Positions 24,656 through 32,000 of a stretch of 32,000 nt of DNA are shown piece after piece (within the stretch, counting starts at the first letter, position 1; each line of letters starts with the position of its first letter). The stretch covers positions 810,001-842,000 of the forward strand of contig NZ_CP047931.1 of assembly GCF_014280175.1 (NCBI RefSeq). Reading direction: 5' to 3'. The notes under the pieces were generated by a model. It worked only from the letters and a program-made list of their open reading frames with translations, made no database searches and had not been told where the DNA came from. Made by a program: the position numbers and the translations under genes. This DNA comes from Synechococcus sp. A15-28 (GTDB lineage: Bacteria; Cyanobacteriota; Cyanobacteriia; PCC-6307; Cyanobiaceae).

Positions 24656-26502
24656 GCGGTTCCGAGGGGAGTCCCCTTCAGGTTCAACGCAATGTCCCTA
24701 AGGGTGTGAACGATCGAACGATTGGCAGGACTCCCCTGCCCCTGGTGCGGCTGCTGCGACATCTGGCGCCCCAACGGCGCCTGGTGATCACGGCGGTGAT
24801 CTGTTCGTTGCTCAACAAGCTCTTTGACCTGGCTCCCCCGGCCTTGATCGGCTTGGCCGTCGATGTGGTGGTGCGCGGTCAGCAGTCCCTGCTGGCTGAA
24901 TCCGGCATCCAGAGTGTCTCCCAGCAGTTGTGGGTCCTGGCCCTGCTCACCTTTGTGATCTGGGCGGCGGAGTCGTTGTTCGAATATCTCTACGACGTTC
25001 TGTGGCGCAATCTGGCCCAGACCACGCAGCATCGTCTGCGGCTTGAGGCCTACGACCACCTCCAACAGCTGGAGCTGGCATTCTTCGAGCAGGACAGCAG
25101 CGGTCGCCTCATGGCGGTGCTGAACGATGACATCAACCAACTGGAACGGTTTCTCGACCGCGGGGCCAACCAGATCCTTCAACTGATCACCACAGTGCTG
25201 ATCGTGGGCATCGGCATGGCGGTGGTGGCTCCTGAGGTGGCCCTGTTCGCTTATCTACCGATCCCCGTCATCCTGCTGGGGTCGTTGCGGTTTCAGCGCC
25301 AACTGGCCCCGCGTTACCGCGAGGTGCGAGCTCGCGCCGGTGATCTTGCCTCCCGTCTGGCCAACAACCTCGGCGGCATGCTCACGATCAAGAGCTTCAC
25401 GGCTGAACCGTTGGAGCTGCAACGGCTTGAGGCGGAAAGCCTCGCCTATCTGGAGAGCAACGGCCGGGCGATCCGCCTGTCGGCGGCCTTCATTCCCTTG
25501 ATCCGCTTCGCCATCCTCTTTGCCTTCGTGGCCATCCTGCTGGTGGGGGGCTTCCAGGCTTTGAGCGGACAGTTGGCTGTCGGTACCTACAGCGTTCTGG
25601 TGTTCATCACCCAGCGTCTGTTGTGGCCGCTGACGGCCCTCGGCCGCACGCTGGATGAGTACCAACGATCCATGGCCTCCACCCAGCGGGTGTTGGATCT
25701 GATCGATACTCCGATCACCATTCGCAGCGGCCCGTCCGCGATGGACCGACGGCTGGTGCGAGGGGAGATTCGCTTTGAGCAGGTGGATTTTGCTTACCCC
25801 GGTCGAGCGGCACTGCTGCAGGGGTTTGATCTGACGGTGCCGTCGGGTGCAACGGTCGGGATCGTTGGATCCACCGGCTCCGGCAAGAGCACGGTGGTGA
25901 AACTGCTGCTGCGTCTCTATGAGCGCCAGGGGGGGCGGATCCTGCTGGATGGCCGTCCGATCGAACAGCTCCAGCTTCAGGATCTCCGCGGTGCCATTGC
26001 CCTCGTCAGCCAGGACGTCTACCTGTTTCACGGCACGGTGGCTGAGAACATCGCCTACGGGGTTGCTGATCCCAGTCCAGCGGCCATCGAACAGGCCGCC
26101 CGTCTGGCGGAGGCCGCAGGTTTCATCGAGGCTCTGCCGGATCGCTACGACACCCTGGTCGGCGAGCGCGGCCAACGGCTCTCTGGAGGGCAGCGTCAGC
26201 GCATTGCACTGGCTCGAGCCATTCTCAAGGACGCGCCGGTGCTGGTGCTGGATGAGGCAACGGCCGCCGTTGACAACGACACCGAAGCGGCGATTCAGCG
26301 CTCCCTTGAGCAGATCACCCGTAATCGTACCACCGCGGTGATCGCCCATCGGTTGAGCACGGTGCGCCACGCCGATCGGATCGTGGTGATGGAGCAGGGC
26401 CGGATCGTGGAACAGGGACGCCACGACGACCTGCTGGCCCAGGGTGGTGTCTACGCCAATCTCTGGCGGGTGCAGGCCGGCGAACGGCTTATCGCTTCCT
26501 GA
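24652..26502 (+). CDS. ABC exporter, fused permease/ATPase (MsbA/multidrug-type)
   Basis: Six-TM N-terminal half. Walker A GSTGSGKST, signature LSGGQRQR, Walker B VLVLDEAT. The TTG start at 24652 overlaps the rbp stop; GTG 24706 is an alternative. Confidence 0.88.
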   Translation: MSGSEGSPLQVQRNVPKGVNDRTIGRTPLPLVRLLRHLAPQRRLVITAVICSLLNKLFDLAPPALIGLAVDVVVRGQQSLLAESGIQSVSQQLWVLALLTFVIWAAESLFEYLYDVLWRNLAQTTQHRLRLEAYDHLQQLELAFFEQDSSGRLMAVLNDDINQLERFLDRGANQILQLITTVLIVGIGMAVVAPEVALFAYLPIPVILLGSLRFQRQLAPRYREVRARAGDLASRLANNLGGMLTIKSFTAEPLELQRLEAESLAYLESNGRAIRLSAAFIPLIRFAILFAFVAILLVGGFQALSGQLAVGTYSVLVFITQRLLWPLTALGRTLDEYQRSMASTQRVLDLIDTPITIRSGPSAMDRRLVRGEIRFEQVDFAYPGRAALLQGFDLTVPSGATVGIVGSTGSGKSTVVKLLLRLYERQGGRILLDGRPIEQLQLQDLRGAIALVSQDVYLFHGTVAENIAYGVADPSPAAIEQAARLAEAAGFIEALPDRYDTLVGERGQRLSGGQRQRIALARAILKDAPVLVLDEATAAVDNDTEAAIQRSLEQITRNRTTAVIAHRLSTVRHADRIVVMEQGRIVEQGRHDDLLAQGGVYANLWRVQAGERLIAS

Positions 26503-26534
26503 AGCAGCCGTTGAAGGGAGCGCGTGGTCTTACC

Positions 26535-28664
26535 ATGCCGGGGTCGCCAATCGGCCCGACTGTCATGGCCATGCAGGCCTCCATCGGCCAGGTGATGCAT
26601 CACCCCCTCGGCGTGTTTTCGCTGCTGGTGGCGATCAGTGCGGCAGTGCCTCCTCTCATCCGCCGGGTCGGCTTGCCTGATCTGGTGGGGCTGCTGGTTG
26701 CCGGCGTTGTCGTGGGACCGCACGCCCTCAACTGGGTGGACAGCGGCAGTGAAACCGTGCGGCTGCTCTCCGATCTGGGGGCGGTGTACCTGCTGTTCAC
26801 CATGGGGTTGGAAATCGATCTGGAGGAGTTCAACCGGGTCAAACGTCGCTCCTTCATCTACGGCCTGCTGATCCTGCTGATCGGTGTGGGCACCGGCGTC
26901 AGCATCGGATTGCTGGCTGGGTTCGCCTCGGTGTCATGTCTGCTGTTGGGGGCCCTGATGGCCACCCACACACCGCTGGGCTATCCGATCGTGCGCAGTT
27001 ACGGCGCCCAGAAGGATGAGTCGGTGGTGGTCAGCGTCGGCAGCACAATCTTCACCGACATCGTGGCGCTGCTGCTGCTGGCGGTGGGCCTGGGCCTCGG
27101 ACAGGGGGACCTCAGCGGGGTGGGCATGGGCCTGCTGTTGTTGCGGATTGGCCTGTTCGCCGTGCTGGTGGTGGCTGGCATCCGCTGGTTGGGGCGTCGA
27201 CTGGTGCTGCGGGGCATCAATGACGAAAACCGCATGGTGCTGGCGGTGCTGGTGGCGCTGTTTCTGGCGTCCCTGGGGGCCGAGCTGGCTGGAGTGGAAA
27301 AAATCGTCGGTGCCTTTCTGGCCGGCCTGGCGGTGAATTCGGTGCTGCCGGAGGGGCGGGTGAAGGAGCAGGTGATCTTTGTTGGTGGTGTGCTGTTCAT
27401 CCCGATCTTCTTCATCGATCTGGGCCTGCTTCTCGATGTGGGCAGCCTTGGGGCCAGCCTCAGCAATTTCCAGTTCACCGGTCTGATGCTGGTGGGGGCC
27501 ATTGGCGGCAAAGGTCTGGCGTCGTGGATCAGTGGTGCGCTGTTCGGCTACCGCCGCCCGCAGATTCTGATGATGTGGTCGTTGACCATGCCCAAGGTGG
27601 CGGCAACTCTGGCCACCGCCTTCATCGGCTTCCAGGCGGGGCTGCTCAACCAGACGGTGCTCAACGCTGTGCTGGCGGTGATGGTGGTGACGGCCACCCT
27701 GGGTCCGATCCTGACGGAGCGTTCCGTCACCCGTCTGAACGAGACGCGGCAGGGCACGCTCCCCGCCAGCTTCGGGGAGGAGGTCTCACCCCTGGAGGGG
27801 GTCAGCGAGGTGGTGCAGCGACCCCTGCGGATCGTGGTGCCGGTGGCCAACCCCAGCAACGAAAGGGGGTTGATCAACATGGCTTCGCGGTTGCTGCGCG
27901 GTTCTGCCGGTGGCGATGGTTTGTTGCTTCCCCTGGCGATGGTGAACCCAAGCCTGGAGGAGGTGCGCGGTGGTCTGAACCGTGCGGTGGCGGCGGCGCG
28001 CTCCCGGCTCAGGACGGCCGAGTCGATCGGAGCCGACCTGCAGGTGCCCACCCGCACCCTGTTGCGCCTGGATGAGGACGTGGCCGGTGGAATGAGCCGA
28101 ACAGCGCTGGAGCAGGCAGCGGATCTGCTCCTGATCGGTGCCGGCCGCCAGGACCAGCTGCGGGCCTGGTTGATGGGCGACATCGTGGACGGCGTCTGCC
28201 GGACGGCCCATTGCCCTGTGGTGGTGGTGAATCTTGGCCTTACGCCCGAGGCGGCGATGAACCGGATCCTGGTGCCGATCAAGGATCTCTCCGCCAGTGC
28301 CCGTGAACAGGTGGAACTGGCGCTGCGGGTGATCAACAGTGCCCCGGCGGAACAACGCACCCGGATCACACTGCTGCATGTGCACGATCCCCGCTTCAGC
28401 GGATCGGATCGGCAGTGGATGGAGGAGCAGCTGATCCGCTGGCGGCCGGCCGGGATCTCCGCGGATCGGTTCCACATCGTGATCGTGCGGGGACCCGGCA
28501 TCGATGGCTCCATCCATCGCCTCAGCCGCGATCACGATCTGGTGATCCTGCGCACCCAACGGCGTCGCGTGGCGGGCCTGCCGATACCCGGCAGTGATCG
28601 CACCAGCAAGCTGATCAGTCAGCTGCCCTGCGCGTCGATGGTGATCAGCGACCCGTTGGTCTGA
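26535..28664 (+). CDS. CPA2-family cation:proton antiporter fused to two C-terminal USP-like domains
   Basis: N-terminal PDLVGLLVAGVVVGP plus about 11-12 hydrophobic segments. The C-terminus has two repeats of the universal-stress-protein pattern (RIVVPVANP...CPVVVV and RILVPIKDL...ASMVISDP). The start is ambiguous (ATG 26535, 26565, 26571 or 26595). Confidence 0.82.
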   Translation: MPGSPIGPTVMAMQASIGQVMHHPLGVFSLLVAISAAVPPLIRRVGLPDLVGLLVAGVVVGPHALNWVDSGSETVRLLSDLGAVYLLFTMGLEIDLEEFNRVKRRSFIYGLLILLIGVGTGVSIGLLAGFASVSCLLLGALMATHTPLGYPIVRSYGAQKDESVVVSVGSTIFTDIVALLLLAVGLGLGQGDLSGVGMGLLLLRIGLFAVLVVAGIRWLGRRLVLRGINDENRMVLAVLVALFLASLGAELAGVEKIVGAFLAGLAVNSVLPEGRVKEQVIFVGGVLFIPIFFIDLGLLLDVGSLGASLSNFQFTGLMLVGAIGGKGLASWISGALFGYRRPQILMMWSLTMPKVAATLATAFIGFQAGLLNQTVLNAVLAVMVVTATLGPILTERSVTRLNETRQGTLPASFGEEVSPLEGVSEVVQRPLRIVVPVANPSNERGLINMASRLLRGSAGGDGLLLPLAMVNPSLEEVRGGLNRAVAAARSRLRTAESIGADLQVPTRTLLRLDEDVAGGMSRTALEQAADLLLIGAGRQDQLRAWLMGDIVDGVCRTAHCPVVVVNLGLTPEAAMNRILVPIKDLSASAREQVELALRVINSAPAEQRTRITLLHVHDPRFSGSDRQWMEEQLIRWRPAGISADRFHIVIVRGPGIDGSIHRLSRDHDLVILRTQRRRVAGLPIPGSDRTSKLISQLPCASMVISDPLV

Positions 28665-28701
28665 CGTTAAGGCAACCTCAAGGGCCGATTATCGTGACGT
28701 C

Positions 28702-29508
28702 ATGGTCTCGCTTCTCACCAATTTGAGACAACGCCCGCTGTGGCAGGTGTGCGGGTTGGGGCTGGCGGCTGGATTGGTGATCTCGGTGCCGTTGGCCCGG
28801 CGCCATCCCCTGGCCGGTTGGTGGGGGCTTGGGATTGGCGAGGTGGTGGTGCTGGGTCAGGACGCTGGGGGCAGCAACACCGACACGATCTTCACGCTGA
28901 GGGTGCAGCCCGGAAGCACGCGCATCACGCAGATCCCACGGGATAGCTACATCAACCCAGATGGCTTCGGGGCGATGAAGATCAATGGATTGCTGAGGCG
29001 CGGTGGTCCTGAAGCCGTGGAGCGGGAGTTGACGCGGCTGATGAATCGGCCGGTGCGGCATCACGTTGTGGTGTCGCTTCAGACCCTGCCCTTACTGGCC
29101 AATCTGGTGGGCGGCATCGAAGTGGATGTGCCCAAACGCCTTTATTACGTGGATCGAACCCAGGATCTGGTGATTGATCTGCAGCCTGGGCGTCAGGTTT
29201 TAAGCGGCAAGGCCTTGGAAGGATTTCTGCGTTGGCGTAACGACGGACGCGGAGATTTCGGCCGTCTGGAACGGCAGCAAATGGCTCTGAAAGGTTTGGT
29301 GAATCGCCTGAGGCAGCCACAGAATCTGTTGAAACTGCCGGTGTTGCTTGGGGTCGTGCGCAGCCAGGTGAAGACCGACCTCAACCCCATTCAGATGGCG
29401 GGCCTGGCTGCAGGGGTGATCAGCACCGACCTCGACACAAAGCGATTGAAAGCGGTGCCGTTCAGTTCTGGTGGGATCAGTTATCTCGAAACCGAATGGC
29501 CGAATTGA
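28702..29508 (+). CDS. LytR/CpsA/Psr (LCP) family protein
   Basis: N-terminal TM, then DTIFTLRV...ITQIPRDSY...INGLL.....VVVSLQTLPLLANLVGGIEVDV...LSGKALEGFLRWRNDGRGDFGRLERQQ. Confidence 0.8.
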   Translation: MVSLLTNLRQRPLWQVCGLGLAAGLVISVPLARRHPLAGWWGLGIGEVVVLGQDAGGSNTDTIFTLRVQPGSTRITQIPRDSYINPDGFGAMKINGLLRRGGPEAVERELTRLMNRPVRHHVVVSLQTLPLLANLVGGIEVDVPKRLYYVDRTQDLVIDLQPGRQVLSGKALEGFLRWRNDGRGDFGRLERQQMALKGLVNRLRQPQNLLKLPVLLGVVRSQVKTDLNPIQMAGLAAGVISTDLDTKRLKAVPFSSGGISYLETEWPN

Positions 29509-30108
29509 TCAGATCAGCAGATTCAGCGAGTGCACCACGCGCCCGCAGAGCTCATCCACCTTGTCCCAGCGGTCTTCGTTGACGCTGGTGGCCAGGGTGT
29601 AGAGGCGGCCACGGTCCACCACCACGGTCGCCAGTTCGTGGCGGTCGCGGTCCTCCAGGTGCACGGCGTACTCCAGGTCGTAGAAGGTGTGGCCATTCAC
29701 CTCGCGCTCCTGCGCTTCAACAAGTTCGGCGGTGCGGCCGCTGCCGGCGGTGGCGATCACTTCACGGCGCAGTCGCTCTCCAACGGCGACAGCGCTGCCC
29801 AGTTCGCTGAGTTCGTTGCTTTCGTCCACCTTGTTGATCATCAGGCTGACGGTTTCGTCGCTGTGGATCAGGTCGTGGAACACCACCCGGGGGCCATTGC
29901 TCACCTGCACCTGGGTCCAACCGGTGGGATAGAGGAAGGCAAAGCGTCCATCAGGGCTCTGATACGACTGCAGCCCAGCGGTCGGCCCTGCGGCGCAGGC
30001 CCCCAGCACAAGCATCAGCACGCTGCACAGCAGGAGGCGGGAGAGGGGGCGGAGCAGCTGCATCAGAGCCGGAGCAGATCGGTTCATTCTGCCTAGAGTC
30101 CGATCCAT
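29509..30108 (-). CDS. psbP: PsbP-like protein (CyanoP), lipoprotein
   Basis: Lipobox LVLGAC, then the PsbP-fold pattern [16 protein letters not shown]...[11 protein letters not shown]...[18 protein letters not shown]...[13 protein letters not shown]. An alternative start is ATG 30087. Confidence 0.82.
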   Translation of the reverse strand: MDRTLGRMNRSAPALMQLLRPLSRLLLCSVLMLVLGACAAGPTAGLQSYQSPDGRFAFLYPTGWTQVQVSNGPRVVFHDLIHSDETVSLMINKVDESNELSELGSAVAVGERLRREVIATAGSGRTAELVEAQEREVNGHTFYDLEYAVHLEDRDRHELATVVVDRGRLYTLATSVNEDRWDKVDELCGRVVHSLNLLI

Positions 30109-30142
30109 CGGCGGCAGACCTCTGAGCGGCTTTACCAGACCG

Positions 30143-30721
30143 TTGGCCCGGCTGATCGATCAGTTCGAGCGTCTGCCCGGCATCGGCCCCCGCACGGCCC
30201 AGCGTCTCGCCCTGCACCTGCTCAACCAACCAGAAGAGCAGATCCGCCAGTTCGCCGATGCCCTGCTGGCGGCCCGCACCCAGGTGGGGCAGTGTCAGAC
30301 CTGCTTTCATCTCTCCGCCGATCCGGAATGCGAGATCTGCCGCAACACGGAGCGCCGCAACGGCCTGATCTGTGTGGTGGCCGATTCCCGCGACCTGCTG
30401 GCCCTGGAGCGCACCCGTGAATTTCAAGGCCGCTATCACGTGCTGGGTGGCCTGATCTCGCCAATGGATGGCGTCGGCCCGGAGTTGCTCAACGTGACCC
30501 CACTGGTGGCGAGGATCAATCGCGAGGAGATCACAGAGGTGATCCTGGCGTTGACCCCCAGCGTGGAGGGGGACACCACCAGCATCTATCTGGCGCGCTT
30601 GCTCAAACCGTTCTGTTCCGTCAGCCGCATCGCCTACGGCCTACCGATGGGCAGTGAGTTGGAGTACGCCGATGAGGTCACCCTCAGCCGGGCCCTGGAA
30701 GGTCGTCGGCCGGTGGACTGA
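30143..30721 (+). CDS. recR: recombination protein RecR
   Basis: Hh[17 protein letters not shown], Cys4 zinc finger [18 protein letters not shown], Toprim [13 protein letters not shown]. The ORF track uses TTG 30143. The true start is probably a few codons upstream (e.g. CTG 30122), because conserved RecR N-termini include the ..TRPLARLI.. residues. Confidence 0.88.
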   Translation: MARLIDQFERLPGIGPRTAQRLALHLLNQPEEQIRQFADALLAARTQVGQCQTCFHLSADPECEICRNTERRNGLICVVADSRDLLALERTREFQGRYHVLGGLISPMDGVGPELLNVTPLVARINREEITEVILALTPSVEGDTTSIYLARLLKPFCSVSRIAYGLPMGSELEYADEVTLSRALEGRRPVD

Positions 30722-30821
30722 ATTCACTGTTGCAACGCACACAACTTTCTGAAGAAAGTGGGGTGTTCCAGGCGACCGCGTCAGGGTTCCGTGATGATTT
30801 CCTTGCCGGTGACATCGCTTC

Positions 30822-30839
30822 GGGAGGGTGCACCCTCCC
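30822..30839. repeat. perfect 18-nt palindrome GGGAGGGTGCACCCTCCC
   Basis: Read directly from the sequence, in the recR-lipA spacer. There is no U tail. Confidence 0.8.
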
Positions 30840-30900
30840 TGGTTGCCGGCACCCCCCGCTGACAGTCCTCCCGCCAGAATCGGGGGGAAGAGGACGTGGA

Positions 30901-31800
30901 ATGAGCAAATACAGCAGCATGGCCCCGACGGAGCGACTGCCGGAATGGCTGCGGCGACCGATCGGAGATGCATCGGCTCTGGAACGGGTGCAGGGATTGG
31001 TCAAGCAGAACCGCCTGCACACCATCTGCGAGGAAGGGCGCTGCCCCAATCGCGGTGAGTGTTATGCCGCCGGGACGGCCACATTCCTGTTGGGTGGTTC
31101 GATCTGTACCCGCAGCTGTGCCTTCTGCCAGGTGGAGAAAGGCCAGGCGCCGATGGCTGTTGACCCTGCCGAGGCGCAGCGGGTGGCTGATGCGGTGGAG
31201 GCGATGCAGCTGAGATACGTGGTGCTGACGGCCGTTGCCCGCGATGACCTGGCCGATCACGGTGCCACCTTGTTCACCACAACGATGGCGGCGATCCGCG
31301 CCCGCAATCCTTTGATTGCCATCGAGGTGCTGACGCCGGATTTCTGGGGTGGGGTCCCCGATCGCAATCAGGCCATGGCGGCGCAACGAGAGCGGTTAGC
31401 CACGGTGCTGGCGGCGGAACCGGTTTGTTTCAACCACAACCTGGAAACGGTCCAACGCCTGCAGGGCGAGGTTCGGCGTGGTGCCACCTATGAGCGTTCC
31501 CTGGGGCTGTTGGCGGCCTCCCGGGAGCTAGCACCTCACATTCCCACCAAATCAGGGCTGATGCTGGGGCTGGGTGAGAGCCGTGATGAGGTGATCGCCG
31601 CGATGCGGGACCTAAGGGCTGTGGATTGTCAGCGCCTCACCCTGGGTCAGTACCTGCGTCCGTCCTTGGCGCACATTCCCGTGGACCGCTACTGGACGCC
31701 GCAGGAGTTTGACGAACTTGGGGCCGTGGCCCATGAGCTCGGTTTTGCCCAGGTGCGCAGTGGCCCGCTGGTGCGCAGCAGCTATCACGCTGCCGATTGA
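30901..31800 (+). CDS. lipA: lipoyl synthase
   Basis: N-terminal auxiliary cluster [12 protein letters not shown] and radical-SAM [13 protein letters not shown] 30901 gives the LipA-like N-terminus [14 protein letters not shown]. Confidence 0.92.
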   Translation: MSKYSSMAPTERLPEWLRRPIGDASALERVQGLVKQNRLHTICEEGRCPNRGECYAAGTATFLLGGSICTRSCAFCQVEKGQAPMAVDPAEAQRVADAVEAMQLRYVVLTAVARDDLADHGATLFTTTMAAIRARNPLIAIEVLTPDFWGGVPDRNQAMAAQRERLATVLAAEPVCFNHNLETVQRLQGEVRRGATYERSLGLLAASRELAPHIPTKSGLMLGLGESRDEVIAAMRDLRAVDCQRLTLGQYLRPSLAHIPVDRYWTPQEFDELGAVAHELGFAQVRSGPLVRSSYHAAD

Positions 31801-32000
31801 TACCAGCCCCGCAGGCTGCGCTCCAGCACCTGCTCCACCGAACCGCTCATCAGCGCACCGGCGCCCCCCCACACCATCCGCAACGGCAGATCCCAAAGGG
31901 CGGCTGCCACATCCCGCTCCTGCTGAAACCCGCGCTGGCGGAAGTACCGCACCAGCCGGCGGTGCTGACGATCGTCATCGCGGATCGCCAGCAGCCAGGC
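31785..32000 (-). CDS. hypothetical protein, C-terminal 71 codons only (possibly GNAT-like)
   Basis: The frame is open from the right window edge to TGA (complement of 31785-31787) with high GC3: ...[56 protein letters not shown]. It overlaps the lipA 3' end by 16 nt and is not in the ORF track because it has no start in the window. Confidence 0.4.
   Translation of the reverse strand, partial: AWLLAIRDDDRQHRRLVRYFRQRGFQQERDVAAALWDLPLRMVWGGAGALMSGSVEQVLERSLRGWYQSAA

Noticed and set aside
16341-28559. A series of 250-507-aa minus-strand ORFs (16341-17462, 17497-18639, 20654-21751, 22330-23853, 25255-26424, 27548-28513, 27786-28559)
   Set aside because: Each is antisense to a well-supported plus-strand gene (recB, recD, DEAD-box helicase, ABC exporter, antiporter). 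Their composition is typical of non-coding frames in high-GC DNA.
30730-30900. A 57-codon N-terminal extension of lipA
   Set aside because: The extension contains the palindrome and has no LipA similarity. ATG 30901 gives a canonical LipA N-terminus.
1-32000. A scan for CRISPR arrays, tandem repeats, IS elements, toxin-antitoxin or defence-island genes
   Set aside because: I saw no repeat-spacer periodicity, no long direct or inverted repeats beyond the short palindromes listed, and no transposase, integrase or recognisable defence-gene signatures by eye. Only a few HIP1 (GCGATCGC) copies are present.

Overview
This is a GC-rich (about 60% by eye), very compact chromosomal segment. Its gene content points to a marine picocyanobacterium (Synechococcus/Cyanobium-like), with psbY, cyanoP/psbP, ycf54, crtH and an RRM-type Rbp. 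I can support about 39 CDS (2 truncated at the window edges), 2 tRNAs (Pro-UGG, Lys-UUU) and 3 intrinsic terminators. I found no rRNA, CRISPR array, transposase, integrase or prophage genes.

The dominant feature is a recC-recB-recD (exonuclease V) locus at 12.4-21.5 kb. The rest is housekeeping:
- trmFO, crtH, bolA-grxD, plsC-like/pdxJ-ycf54
- a DEAD-box helicase, an ABC exporter, a CPA2 antiporter fused to two USP-like domains
- an LCP protein, recR and lipA

Genes are packed by start/stop overlaps (ATGA, TGATG). Three convergent pairs have 0 nt between their stop codons.

I do not see convincing evidence for a wholly new multi-gene system. The observations most worth a second look are:
1. 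A 440-nt ORF-free structured spacer 3' of tRNA-Pro with two tandem canonical terminators, which may hold an sRNA or leader.
2. The unusual company of the RecBCD genes: a lambda-like PPP phosphatase overlapping recC, an opposite-strand LMW-PTP plus micro-ORF wedged between recC and recB, and a cupin coupled to recD.
3. An OmpR-type response regulator lacking the phospho-acceptor Asp.
4. A PsbY homologue with an extra N-terminal transmembrane segment.
5. Two roughly 30-codon hydrophobic micro-ORFs.

All functional calls come from motif and sequence recognition by eye. No searches were run.
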